Assembly (NCBI GenBank): GCA_041672465.1 | Contig: JBAYZO010000004.1 | Span: 4,951-68,950, forward strand | DNA: 64,000 bases | Direction of reading: 5' to 3' | From: Eubacteriales bacterium | GTDB lineage: Bacteria > Bacillota > Clostridia > Oscillospirales > CAG-382 | Part shown: piece by piece, positions 27,971 to 37,267 of the stretch | How positions within the stretch are numbered: the stretch's first letter is position 1 | Layout of the letters: every line of letters starts with the position of its first letter | The notes under the pieces: generated by a model | Told to the model about the DNA's origin: nothing | Databases searched by the model: none | Seen by the model: the letters and a program-made list of their open reading frames with translations, nothing else | Made by a program: the position numbers and the translations under genes

Positions 27971-28023
27971 GGCGAATAGAATAATTAATAAGCGGAAAGC
28001 GTAAGATATATGGGTGATTATAT

Positions 28024-28746
28024 ATGCGGCTTTCCGCTTTTTCTTTTTCCCGCAAAAGGAGGGGCGCTCCTTGGGCAAGGGTGATTATCTTCGTCGCCGC
28101 CATCGCGCTAAGCGTTTTGGTTTACGCCTTGGCGGGGAACGGCGGCTCCGGCAGCGAGGACGTTTCAGCCGGCGTTCCCATTACCTGCGTGAGCTATAAC
28201 GATAAAATTTATTCGGTGATAACGGTTATAATAAACAGCGCGTCGGGGAAGAACATAACATTGTTTTCGGAAGTGTGCAACGGCTTTGGGGTGAGCGCGG
28301 TGTTTTTTATGGATACCGCCTTTATTAAAAAGAATACCGAACAGGTAAAAGAACTCTTGTCTTCGGGGCATGAGATTGGGCTTCTCCTCTCCGATACTTC
28401 TGAATACAGCCGTTCTGGGTTTATGAAGTTTTTAGCAAACAAAAACGATGAGTTTTTCAAATCCGCCGGAAAATACCCCAAATACTGCTACATATCGGGC
28501 AAGGCGTGTAAAAGCGCCGCCGAGGTGATAAACGCCTACGGGCAATATTATATCTCCTACGCGGCAAAGATTGAAAAAGACAAAAGCGACGTTATTCGCG
28601 GCGGGATAATAGCCGCGGTGGATTTGACCGACGCGGACAACATCTACGCGTTTGCCCGAGAGATTTCAGCCGCGATGTCAAAGGGACTGAAACCGTCGGC
28701 GATGAAGGAGTTTGTAAAAGAATATGATATTCTCGCGGAAAGCTGA
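28024..28746 (+). CDS. Membrane-anchored NodB/polysaccharide-deacetylase-like protein, catalytic motifs degenerate
   Basis: An N-terminal TM segment. The pattern VIINSASG...GVSAVFFMD...GHEIGLL parallels the NodB motifs TFDDG / ATFF / GHEIGxH, but the Asp pair and the second His are missing. Confidence 0.4.
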   Translation: MRLSAFSFSRKRRGAPWARVIIFVAAIALSVLVYALAGNGGSGSEDVSAGVPITCVSYNDKIYSVITVIINSASGKNITLFSEVCNGFGVSAVFFMDTAFIKKNTEQVKELLSSGHEIGLLLSDTSEYSRSGFMKFLANKNDEFFKSAGKYPKYCYISGKACKSAAEVINAYGQYYISYAAKIEKDKSDVIRGGIIAAVDLTDADNIYAFAREISAAMSKGLKPSAMKEFVKEYDILAES

Positions 28747-29125
28747 AACGTTGTGCGTCATAGGGTGCGGCAGGGGGTTTTCAACCCTCGCGAGAGGGCT
28801 TGGACTTAAGATTAAAAAGGGCAAAAGTCATATTGCCGTAATCGGCGAGCGGCAGGTAAAAAGCAAGGTCAGCGCGGAAGTTGTGTTTTTCCCCGACACC
28901 TCGGCGGTTTCGTTTTCGGCCGTTTTCGCGGTTTCCGCCGGAATGGGGGAAAAGTCAACGCTTTGCTTTTCTTCGGTCGGGGACACAAAGGCGCTGCTCT
29001 GCGTCAGGCGAAAGGTTGATTTCTTCGGGAGCGAGATCGAGCCGCGCGAGGTGGAGGTCGATATTATTAAAAATCTTACGGTTTACGAAAATATGGTCTT
29101 TGGGTTTTTAAGCCATTTTCTTTAA
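28724..29125 (+). CDS. Hypothetical protein
   Basis: A 133-aa ORF overlapping the upstream gene by 23 nt. I recognise no motif, and the start is uncertain (ATG 28724 or TTG 28751). Confidence 0.3.
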   Translation: MIFSRKAETLCVIGCGRGFSTLARGLGLKIKKGKSHIAVIGERQVKSKVSAEVVFFPDTSAVSFSAVFAVSAGMGEKSTLCFSSVGDTKALLCVRRKVDFFGSEIEPREVEVDIIKNLTVYENMVFGFLSHFL

Positions 29126-29131
29126 AACCTG

Positions 29132-29160
29132 TTTACAAAACCCCTCCGTTATGCTAAACT
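29132..29160 (+). promoter_or_regulatory. Sigma-A type promoter
   Basis: TTTACA, 17 nt, TAAACT, with TGC directly upstream of the -10. Confidence 0.45.
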
Positions 29161-29185
29161 GTTAGGCGATAACGGAGGTGTTTTT

Positions 29186-30010
29186 ATGTTTCCGATAGGA
29201 GTTCAGGTTTATTCTGTCCGCGAACACGCCGAAAAAGACTTTTTCGGCACGCTTGGAAAGATTAAAGAAATGGGCTATGACGGCGTGGAGTTCGCCGGCC
29301 TTTACGGCAAGAGCCCAAGCGAGGTAAAAGCCGTCTGCGGGGATTTGGGGCTTGTCCCGGTTTCGGCGCATGTGGCTATTGACGAAATGTTAAAAAACCC
29401 CGATGCCGTCTTTGACGGCTATTCTGAAATCGGCTGCGAATACATAGCCATACCTTATCTCACTGAAGACGACCGCCCGGGCGGCAAAAATTTTTCAGAG
29501 ATAATTGAAAATATTATATCCCTTTCAAAAAAGGCAAAAACCTTTGGGCTTACAATGCTTTACCATAACCATGACTTTGAGTTTAAAAAGCTCGGCGGCG
29601 TTTACGGGCTTGATATTTTATACGGCGCGGTTCCGCCCGAACTTCTCCAAACCGAGCTTGACACCTGCTGGGTCAACGTGGGGGGCGAAGACCCCGCCGC
29701 GTATCTTGTCAAATATTCGGGGCGGGCGCCGGTTGTCCACCTCAAGGACTTTGTGATGAAAAATAAAAGCGTTAAAGAGGGGCTGTACGGGCTAATCGGC
29801 GTCAATGACGTCTCCCCGCAAGCGGAGGAGGGAGATTTCGCTTTCCGCCCCGTGGGGTATGGGGTTCAGGACAACCTTGCGATACTCAGAGCGGCGAGGG
29901 AGGCCGGGACAAAATGGCTTATTGTCGAGCAGGACAGGCCCTGCCTTGGCTGGGATTCGCTTGACTGCATAGGAATGTCAATGGCGTATTTGAGGAAGAT
30001 AAACAAATAG
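29186..30010 (+). CDS. Sugar phosphate isomerase/epimerase (xylose isomerase-like TIM barrel)
   Basis: 274 aa. GVQVYSVRE...GYDGVEFAG and the HNHDFEF pattern are typical of the AP_endonuc_2 family. Confidence 0.75.
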   Translation: MFPIGVQVYSVREHAEKDFFGTLGKIKEMGYDGVEFAGLYGKSPSEVKAVCGDLGLVPVSAHVAIDEMLKNPDAVFDGYSEIGCEYIAIPYLTEDDRPGGKNFSEIIENIISLSKKAKTFGLTMLYHNHDFEFKKLGGVYGLDILYGAVPPELLQTELDTCWVNVGGEDPAAYLVKYSGRAPVVHLKDFVMKNKSVKEGLYGLIGVNDVSPQAEEGDFAFRPVGYGVQDNLAILRAAREAGTKWLIVEQDRPCLGWDSLDCIGMSMAYLRKINK

Positions 30011-30061
30011 CCGTAAAAGCGTAATAATTACCCTAAAATATAAATTCAGGAGGAAAAAATA

Positions 30062-30955
30062 TTGACGTTAGTTATTTTGGCGGCCGGTCTTGGCAGCAGG
30101 TATGGGGGGGATTCTAAAAAACAGCTTGACATTATAGGCGAAAACGGCGAAATAATACTCGACTACTCAATTTTTGACGCCATACGCGCGGGGTTCGACA
30201 GGGTCGTGCTCCTCATTAAGGAAGAGCATCTCGACGCTTTCCGGGAAAAAGCCGGGGTGAAGTTTGAGGGCAAGATCAAAGTCGAATACGCTTTTCAGAC
30301 AATTTCAATGTTCAGCGAGGGATACGCCATACCCGAAACCCGAAAAAAACCTTGGGGGACCGCCCACGCCCTGCTTTGCTGCAAGGATGTTGTCGGCGGA
30401 GATAACTTCGCGGTGGTCAACGCAGACGATTTTTACGGCAAAACAGCTTATTCGCTGGCGTATGGTCATTTGAAAAACGCCAAGCACGGCGAATTTGCGA
30501 TGATAGGCTACCTTATTAAGAACACCGTCACCCCCGAGGGCGGAGTTTCAAGGGGGATTTGCCGTGTGGAAGACGGCTTTGTGACGGGCATTACCGAAAC
30601 CCATGAGATTACAAAAGACGGCGGCCGCATTTATCACCCCTCGCCGAGCGGGGTTCGCGGCCTTGACCCGGAAACCATTGTTTCAATGAACTTTTTTTGT
30701 TTTACCCCCGATTTCTTTCGCGATATGGAGACGGGTTTCAGAGCGTTTCTCGAAGAAAACAAAAATGACCTTTCTTCCTGCGAATATTATATGGCGCTCC
30801 CGGTGCAGGACGCCGTAAACCGTGGCAAGACCATGGCTGTTTACCAAAGCCGCGACAAATGGTACGGCGTTACATACCGCAAGGACAAACCCTTTGTTAT
30901 CGAAGGGATAAATCTGCTCACAAAAGAGGGGCTTTACCCGAAAAAGCTCTGGTAA
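30062..30955 (+). CDS. Sugar-phosphate nucleotidyltransferase family protein
   Basis: TTG start 8 nt after AGGAGG, with the N-terminal motifs LAAGLGSRYGG and WGTAHAL. Confidence 0.75.
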   Translation: MTLVILAAGLGSRYGGDSKKQLDIIGENGEIILDYSIFDAIRAGFDRVVLLIKEEHLDAFREKAGVKFEGKIKVEYAFQTISMFSEGYAIPETRKKPWGTAHALLCCKDVVGGDNFAVVNADDFYGKTAYSLAYGHLKNAKHGEFAMIGYLIKNTVTPEGGVSRGICRVEDGFVTGITETHEITKDGGRIYHPSPSGVRGLDPETIVSMNFFCFTPDFFRDMETGFRAFLEENKNDLSSCEYYMALPVQDAVNRGKTMAVYQSRDKWYGVTYRKDKPFVIEGINLLTKEGLYPKKLW

Positions 30956-31002
30956 CAACGCTTATCCGAAATAAACCTTTAAACGCGAATACATACTATA
31001 TA

Positions 31003-31037
31003 AAAACCCGCTGCTAAAAAACGGCGGGTTTTGCTTT
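31003..31037 (+). terminator. Intrinsic terminator
   Basis: Stem AACCCGCTG / CGGCGGGTT followed by TTTTGCTTT. Confidence 0.6.
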
Positions 31038-31105
31038 ATAAAACTGTTTAAAGGGAAAATAACAGCGAAAAGTTTTTTTGATTTGGATTCCCGTTTATTT
31101 TTATG

Positions 31106-31134
31106 TTGAATAAATCCCGCGTTTATGTTATTAT
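31106..31134 (+). promoter_or_regulatory. Sigma-A type promoter of hom
   Basis: TTGAAT, 17 nt, TATTAT, with TGT directly upstream of the -10. This places the ORF-track ATG at 31125 inside the promoter and supports the ATG at 31179. Confidence 0.55.
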
Positions 31135-31178
31135 ACGAATACGGGTTTAAAACCAAAAATAACAAAAAGGTGAAGTCT

Positions 31179-32228
31179 ATGATAAACATAGCCATACTGG
31201 GAATGGGCGTGGTCGGCGGCGCGCTCCGCGAAGCGATCGAAACAAACAAAACTCTTATTAAAAACCTGCTCGGGGAAGAGCTTAACATTAAATATGTGCT
31301 TGATAAAAGGAACTTTCCCGGACACCCGCTGGAAAACAGGGTTGTCGGGGATATAAATATTATTTTAAACGACAGCGACATTCGCGCGGTGGCGGAAACC
31401 ATGGGCGGCGACAGGCCGGCGTATGACTTTACCCTCGCCTGCCTTACGGCGGGGAAGTCGGTGGTGACCTCAAACAAACTTGTGGTTGAAAAGCATGGGG
31501 AGTATCTTGAATCGGTGGCTTCCCGGAACGGGGTCAGCTATTTGTACGAGGCGTCGGTGGGCGGGGGGATTCCCGTCATACACCCGCTGCTCCACTCGCT
31601 CCGCGGAAATAAAATTTTAAAAATAGCCGGGATACTAAACGGCACCACGAATTTTGTCCTTGAAAAAATGGAAAAGGACGGTTGTTCGTTTGAGGACGCG
31701 CTTGACACGGCGCAGGCTTTGGGTTACGCCGAGGCCAACCCCGCCGCCGATATCGAGGGGATTGACGCGGCGCGGAAGATATGTATACTTTCTTCCGTTT
31801 GTTTTGGTTCGTGGTTCAACCTTGAGGACTGCGCGGAAATCACGGGGATTTCGGAAATAACCCCTTCCCATATTAAAGAGGCTAAAAAGCACGGCTTTAA
31901 AATAAAGCTGCTCGGCGTCGCCGAAAACCTCAAAGACGGCGCGCTGCTTTATGTCAAGCCCTGCCTTGTAGGGGAGGAAAACCTGCTCTTTGCCGTCAAC
32001 GGCGTGTTCAACTGCGTCAGAGTGACGGGAAACCTCGCGGGCGAGGTGGCGTTCTACGGCCATGGCGCGGGCGGGCTTGCCACATCGTCGGCGGTGCTGT
32101 CGGATCTTATTGAGGCGGTCGTAAACAAAACTCCCCCGGCGCAAAAGGTAAGCGGCAAAAAGGTTTACAAGGGTCAGGGCGAGGACAAAACCTTAACAAT
32201 ACTTGGTACGCCTTTTCCGGTTATATAA
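31179..32228 (+). CDS. hom: Homoserine dehydrogenase (no C-terminal ACT domain)
   Basis: Motifs NIAILGMGVVGG, GILNGTTNFVL and ADIEGIDAARK, about 350 aa. RBS AAAGGTGAAG lies before 31179. Confidence 0.88.
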   Translation: MINIAILGMGVVGGALREAIETNKTLIKNLLGEELNIKYVLDKRNFPGHPLENRVVGDINIILNDSDIRAVAETMGGDRPAYDFTLACLTAGKSVVTSNKLVVEKHGEYLESVASRNGVSYLYEASVGGGIPVIHPLLHSLRGNKILKIAGILNGTTNFVLEKMEKDGCSFEDALDTAQALGYAEANPAADIEGIDAARKICILSSVCFGSWFNLEDCAEITGISEITPSHIKEAKKHGFKIKLLGVAENLKDGALLYVKPCLVGEENLLFAVNGVFNCVRVTGNLAGEVAFYGHGAGGLATSSAVLSDLIEAVVNKTPPAQKVSGKKVYKGQGEDKTLTILGTPFPVI

Positions 32229-32246
32229 AACCTTTATAAATATAAT

Positions 32247-32297
32247 AAAAACGCCCGCTTAATCCCTGCCTTTACGGCGGGAAAAGGGCGTTTTTGT
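32247..32297 (+). terminator. Intrinsic terminator after hom
   Basis: Outer stem AAAAACGCCC / GGGCGTTTTT with inner pairing CCCGC / GCGGG, followed by a T-run. Confidence 0.6.
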
Positions 32298-32334
32298 GTT
32301 TTGGCGGGGTTTCTAAAGGAGTGTAAAACTAAAA

Positions 32335-33048
32335 TTGAATGACAAATTAAAAGAAGTGATTTTTGGCGGCGGCTCCGCCGTGTTTTTAGGGGGCGCGGGG
32401 GTTTCCACCGCCAGCGGAATACCCGACTTTCGATCATCGGGGGGGATATACGGGAAAAATTACGACTACCCCGCCGAGGTTATTTTAAGCGGAGGCTTTT
32501 TTTGGGAACAAACCTGCCTCTTTTATGAGTTCTACCGCGAAAAAATGCTCCCGCCCTGCCTTGGCGCAAAGCCGAACGCCTGTCACCTCGCGCTTGCGCG
32601 TCTTGAGAATGAGGGTCTGCTTGACGCTGTTATAACCCAAAACATTGACAACCTCCACCAAAGGGCGGGGAGCCGCAACGTGCGCGAGCTCCACGGTTCG
32701 GTCTGCCGGAACTTCTGCCATGACTGCGGCAGGGCGTACGGCGCGGAATATATAATGGAAAGCGAAACAGTGCCGACCTGCGGCGGCTGCGGCGGAGTAA
32801 TCAAGCCCGACGTGGTGCTCTACGGCGAACAGCTAAACAATGAATGCCTAAAACGCTCGGCCGAAAGCATAGGTAGCGCCGACACGCTTATCGTAGGGGG
32901 GACTTCGCTTTCAGTTTACCCGGCGGCGGGGCTTATTGATTTATTCAAGGGCAAAACCCTTGTGCTTATCAACAAAACTCCCACCCCGTATGACTTCCGC
33001 GCGGATTTAATTATAAGAGAGGATATTTCAAAGGCTCTCGCTTATTAA
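32335..33048 (+). CDS. cobB: NAD-dependent protein deacylase (Sir2 family)
   Basis: Motifs GAGVSTASGIPDFRS, QNIDNLH and a Zn ribbon CHDC...CGGCGG. 237 aa with a TTG start. Confidence 0.88.
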   Translation: MNDKLKEVIFGGGSAVFLGGAGVSTASGIPDFRSSGGIYGKNYDYPAEVILSGGFFWEQTCLFYEFYREKMLPPCLGAKPNACHLALARLENEGLLDAVITQNIDNLHQRAGSRNVRELHGSVCRNFCHDCGRAYGAEYIMESETVPTCGGCGGVIKPDVVLYGEQLNNECLKRSAESIGSADTLIVGGTSLSVYPAAGLIDLFKGKTLVLINKTPTPYDFRADLIIREDISKALAY

Positions 33049-33054
33049 AGGTTT

Positions 33055-34758
33055 TTATTCCGTTTCGGGGAGCGCCGCGTCCGCAACCGCCGTCTTTTGC
33101 TTTTCATAGGTTACAAACCCCGCTTTTGACCCGGACGGCTTGCGGACGTTTTTAACCTCGGTATAGTCGACCTCCACGTTTTTTTCCCCCCTGCGGGAGG
33201 AGTGATAAGCGGCAATTCGGGTGGCTTCCGAAAAATCAGCTAAACCCGGCTCCTTGCCGCGGGTGTAGAGAATAACATGACTGCCCGGGTACCCTTTAAC
33301 ATGAAACCAAAAATCGCTCTTACCTGCGGTTTTTGTGAGAATGTCGTTCATTATATTGTTTCGCCCCGCCTTGACGGTAAAGCCGCCGGACGTTTTATAT
33401 TCCAGCGGGGGGAGCGGGGGGGCGCGGCGCTTTTCTTTTTTCTTCTTAAGGTATCCGCCCGTCTCAAGCTCTTCGCGGATTAAGTCGACCTCAGCCTTGC
33501 TGTTACAGCGGGTGACGGCGTCAATGACCGACGCGAGATATTCTTTTTCCCGCCTGCCCTCCTCTATTTGAATAACAAGCGCGGCCTTGGAATTTTTTAG
33601 CTTGCGGTATTTTTTAAAATATGCCTCCGCGTTTTGCGACGGGGTAAAATTTTTGTTAAGCTTAACCTCACGGTACTCGCCGTCAAAGTCCTTGCAGGCT
33701 AAAACCTCGTCGCCTTTTTTTATTTCATAAATGTGCGACAGAATAAGGCTGCCGTAAAGCTTGTTTCGCTCTGTGTCTTTTGCTTTTTCAAGCTCGGTCA
33801 GTTGCAAAAGTATTTTTCTCTCAACCCGCTTAAGCCTTGCGGAGACGGTTTTAATAAGGTCTGAGGAAAGCGATTTTGAAAGCGATTCACCGCTTTTCGC
33901 CCCGAAAAAGCCGGCGGTGAGCTCACAAAGGCTGTCATAGCGCTTTTTTTCAAGGCCGGGATATCTGTTTATATCGGTAAAATAAAACTCAACCGGCTTT
34001 TGCCCATCAAATACCGCGGTGGGGGTGTATTCGCCCTCTTTTGCTAAAAGACAAAGCTTTTTAACCTCCGCGAAAAGATTTTGGGGGGCTGTTTCCCCAA
34101 GGGACGCGTCGCTTTTGCCCGACGCCGCAAAGGCCGTCTCCCAGGCGGAAAGGGGTGAAAAACAAAAAAACCTTTCCAAAAGAAAGGCGTCGGCTTTTTT
34201 TTCGGGGACGCTTGACGTCATTGCGCGAAAGTCTGAAATATCTATGTCTTCTGCGGAGGTTTTGTCCTGAGCGGGGGGGAGCGTATAGTTAATCCCCGGC
34301 ATAACGGCGCGTTTGAACGAGATTAAATCTGTGGTGTGAAGCGCGCCCAGCACTTTTCCGGAAGAAGTCAGAATAAGGTTTGAGTATTTCCCCATTATTT
34401 CGGCGAACAGGGTTTTTTCGGACAAATGCCCGAGCTCGTCGCGGGAATCAAATATGATTTTTATTATACGCTCGTTTTTTTCGCTTGTTATATCGCAAAT
34501 CCGCGAGGATAAAAGATGTTTTTTTAAAAGAAGCCCGAACGGGGCGGGGGTTTCGGCGCTAAGCGACGGCTTGTCGTAAAGGGTGACAAAATTAGCCGAG
34601 GCGGCAAGCGAGAAAAATAAAAATTTCTTTTCGCCCTCGGCGTAAAGCGAAAACTCCACCGCATTGTCGCGGCAGTTTATTTTATCCACCCGGGCGCGGG
34701 TCAGCTTTTCTTTGAGTTCCAAGGCTATCGCCATACAAAAAAATCCGTCAAACGCCAT
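33055..34758 (-). CDS. rqcH: NFACT-family ribosome quality control protein (RqcH / FbpA-like)
   Basis: 567 aa with the N-terminal NFACT-N motif MAFDGFF, a central coiled coil and a C-terminal NFACT-R region (GYPGSHVIL). Confidence 0.85.
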   Translation of the reverse strand: MAFDGFFCMAIALELKEKLTRARVDKINCRDNAVEFSLYAEGEKKFLFFSLAASANFVTLYDKPSLSAETPAPFGLLLKKHLLSSRICDITSEKNERIIKIIFDSRDELGHLSEKTLFAEIMGKYSNLILTSSGKVLGALHTTDLISFKRAVMPGINYTLPPAQDKTSAEDIDISDFRAMTSSVPEKKADAFLLERFFCFSPLSAWETAFAASGKSDASLGETAPQNLFAEVKKLCLLAKEGEYTPTAVFDGQKPVEFYFTDINRYPGLEKKRYDSLCELTAGFFGAKSGESLSKSLSSDLIKTVSARLKRVERKILLQLTELEKAKDTERNKLYGSLILSHIYEIKKGDEVLACKDFDGEYREVKLNKNFTPSQNAEAYFKKYRKLKNSKAALVIQIEEGRREKEYLASVIDAVTRCNSKAEVDLIREELETGGYLKKKKEKRRAPPLPPLEYKTSGGFTVKAGRNNIMNDILTKTAGKSDFWFHVKGYPGSHVILYTRGKEPGLADFSEATRIAAYHSSRRGEKNVEVDYTEVKNVRKPSGSKAGFVTYEKQKTAVADAALPETE

Positions 34759-35461
34759 AGCAAATCACCTCCGGAACAAACCTCCCCACATATTCGCCAA
34801 GCCTTGGCACGGCAATGTTTTCGGTGGCGAAATGAGTAAGGCATAAAAGGTTTATCCCGTACTCGCGGCAGTCGACAATGGCGGCGTGGTTGACCTCTCC
34901 GGTGAGATATGTGTCAGCGCCGGAATTATAGACTTCCTCGATATAATCCTTGCCGCCGCCGGAAATAACGGCGACTTTTTTAACACTTTTCCCCGCGTCA
35001 AATATGTTTTGCGCCGCTACGCCGAGAGAGGTTTCACATTTGTTTAAAAATTCCCCAAAGCTGACGCTCTCCCCAAGACTGCCGAGCCTGCCGAAGGGGA
35101 GAAAACTTTGTTTTTTGTCAACGCTCACCCCAACCGCCTCGCAAAGGATGTCGTTCACCCCGCCTTTTACAATATCAAAGCAGGTGTGATAAGAGAGAAC
35201 GGAAATTCCCGCCTCTTTACAGGCAGACTCCCTTTTTAAAACGCTTTTTGATGGGGTAGGGTCAAAAAACAGCGGGTGGTGGGTGACAATAACGCCGGCC
35301 CCCGCTTTTTTGGCGAACATAATGGCGGCGCTTGTGCAGTCAAGCGACACGACCGCCCTTGTTATTTCCCCGGGGACGCCAACCTGCACGCCGTCACTGT
35401 CCCAGTCCTCGCTTGCGCCGAAGAGGTTTCTTAATTTTTTATCTAAAATTAAAAAGTCCAT
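34748..35461 (-). CDS. Nif3-like dinuclear metal centre protein
   Basis: 237 aa with VTHHPLFF and a C-terminal TGEV...H pattern. This is the short form without an insert domain. Confidence 0.85.
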   Translation of the reverse strand: MDFLILDKKLRNLFGASEDWDSDGVQVGVPGEITRAVVSLDCTSAAIMFAKKAGAGVIVTHHPLFFDPTPSKSVLKRESACKEAGISVLSYHTCFDIVKGGVNDILCEAVGVSVDKKQSFLPFGRLGSLGESVSFGEFLNKCETSLGVAAQNIFDAGKSVKKVAVISGGGKDYIEEVYNSGADTYLTGEVNHAAIVDCREYGINLLCLTHFATENIAVPRLGEYVGRFVPEVICYGV

Positions 35462-35464
35462 TTG

Positions 35465-36409
35465 TTATTCCGTAACCCCAAGGGTTTTTTTAACGGCGGA
35501 GGCGACGCCGCTCCCCGTAAGCCCGTAATACTCAAGCAGTTTCGCGGCTTTGCCGCTCCTGCCGAAGATGTCGTTTATTCCGACGCGGGCGACTTTTGTC
35601 GGGCAGTGCTGTGAAAGGCATTCGCAGACGGCGGAGCCCAGCCCGCCGATTATCGAATGTTCCTCGGCGACTACAACGTTTTTGGTGTTCGCGGCGTATT
35701 TAACAATCGTTTCGGTGTCGAGAGGTTTTATTGTATGGATATTGATTACCGAAATATTAATGCCGTTTGCCTTTAAAATCTCATACGCCTCAAGCGCTTT
35801 TGAGGTCATTACCCCGGTGGAAAACACCGCGCAGTCCCCGCCCTCTCTTAGCGCTTCCGCGCTGCCGAGGTTGAACTTATAGCTTTCTTTATCAAAAATC
35901 ACCGGCACGGGGTGGCGGCCGAGCCGAAAATACACCGGCCCGTCAAACTTATATATTTCCTCCACGGCGGCGTACGCCTGTGTGTCGTCGGCGGGGCAAA
36001 CCACCGTCATATTAGGTATTACGCGCATAAGGGCGATATCCTCAAGGCACTGGTGGGAAGCGCCGTCCTCGCCGACGGTTATTCCCGCGTGGGTGGCGCA
36101 AATCTTTACATTCAGCCCCGTGTACCCGATAGAGCTCCTGACCTGTTCATACGCCCTGCCGGCGGCGAATATGGCGAAAGTGGAGGCGAACACCGCTCCC
36201 CCCGTGGAAGCTATCCCCGCCGCCACGGACATCATGTTGCCCTCGGCGATCCCGCAGTTGATAAAGCGTTTCGGGAACTTCTTGGCGAACAGCCCGGTCT
36301 GGGTCGAGCCCGAAAGGTCGGCGTCAAGCACGATAAAGTCGTATTTTTCGCCCAAATCCAAAAGCGCCCTGCCATATGAGGCGCGGGTGGCGATGTCAGG
36401 CATTATCAC
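35465..36409 (-). CDS. Transketolase, C-terminal (pyrimidine-binding) subunit
   Basis: 314 aa with GIAEGNMM and the EDGASHQ motif. It overlaps the N-terminal subunit gene. Confidence 0.9.
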   Translation of the reverse strand: MIMPDIATRASYGRALLDLGEKYDFIVLDADLSGSTQTGLFAKKFPKRFINCGIAEGNMMSVAAGIASTGGAVFASTFAIFAAGRAYEQVRSSIGYTGLNVKICATHAGITVGEDGASHQCLEDIALMRVIPNMTVVCPADDTQAYAAVEEIYKFDGPVYFRLGRHPVPVIFDKESYKFNLGSAEALREGGDCAVFSTGVMTSKALEAYEILKANGINISVINIHTIKPLDTETIVKYAANTKNVVVAEEHSIIGGLGSAVCECLSQHCPTKVARVGINDIFGRSGKAAKLLEYYGLTGSGVASAVKKTLGVTE

Positions 36410-37247
36410 CCCTCCTAACGCTGTTTAAATTGTCGGCAAGCTCGTTTTTAGCGGTCTCGTATTCCTCGCCCTTAGGCGCTCTGCCGTGCCAGAGGTAGTT
36501 GTTTTCCATAAACGAAACGCCTTTTCCCTTTGTGGTGCGGCAAATAACAATCCCCGGGCGGCCTTTGGCGGAAACCATGTTTGTGGCGCGATCAAGGTCA
36601 GCGAAGTCATGCCCATCGGCAAGGACGACTTCCCAGCCGAAAGCTTTGAATTTTTCATCAAGAGGGGTAGGGTTCATGATATCGCGAATGTCACCGTCAA
36701 TTTGAAGATAGTTTAAGTCCAAATAAACCACAAGGTTGTCAAGCTTATAGTGAGAAGCGAACATTGCCGCCTCCCAAACCTGACCTTCTTCAGACTCGCC
36801 GTCGCCTATTATCGCGTAGGTGAAGTAGGCAGAACTTTTTATCTTCCCGGCGATCGCCATTCCGCAGGCGGCGGAAAAGCCCTGACCCAGCGAGCCGGTG
36901 GACATATCCACGCCGTTTATTTTATTCATATCGGGGTGACCCTGCAAATAGCTCTCAAGGCTTCTAAAGGTGTTGAGGTCGCCTTTTGGGATAAACCCTT
37001 TAACCGCCAGCGCGGAGTAAAGCGCCGGGCAGGCGTGGCCTTTTGAAAGCACAAACCTGTCCCTTTCGGGATGTTTGGGGTCGTTATTTGGAAAGCGCAT
37101 TTTATAAAAATAAAGGTAGGCGATAATATCGGCTGAGGACAAAGACCCGCCGGGGTGACCGCTTTGGGCGTGAAAAATCGCGTCGAGAAGCAAAACCCGC
37201 ATTTCGGCGGCCTTTATTTTAAGATAATTAACTGTTTTGCCGTCCAT
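36396..37247 (-). CDS. Transketolase, N-terminal (TPP-binding) subunit
   Basis: Motifs SGHPGGSLS, GSLGQG and GDGESEEG. I prefer the ATG at 37247, with GAAAGGAAA 7 nt upstream. Confidence 0.9.
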   Translation of the reverse strand: MDGKTVNYLKIKAAEMRVLLLDAIFHAQSGHPGGSLSSADIIAYLYFYKMRFPNNDPKHPERDRFVLSKGHACPALYSALAVKGFIPKGDLNTFRSLESYLQGHPDMNKINGVDMSTGSLGQGFSAACGMAIAGKIKSSAYFTYAIIGDGESEEGQVWEAAMFASHYKLDNLVVYLDLNYLQIDGDIRDIMNPTPLDEKFKAFGWEVVLADGHDFADLDRATNMVSAKGRPGIVICRTTKGKGVSFMENNYLWHGRAPKGEEYETAKNELADNLNSVRRGDNA

Positions 37248-37267
37248 AAAGATGTTTCCTTTCAAGG

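Noticed and set aside
31125-31178. Upstream ATG (ORF-track start) for homoserine dehydrogenase
   Set aside because: It falls inside the predicted promoter (-10 at 31129-31134) and adds a non-homologous extension, MLLYEYGFKTKNNKKVKS. The ATG at 31179 has an RBS and starts at the NAD-binding motif.
32335-33048. SIR2-domain protein as a possible antiphage effector (Thoeris ThsA, DSR or SIR2-HerA type)
   Set aside because: It is a stand-alone 237-aa classical sirtuin with an intact Zn ribbon and NAD motifs. It has no SLOG, TIR, HerA or helicase partner and is flanked by housekeeping genes with their own terminators. It fits the CobB-type deacylase.
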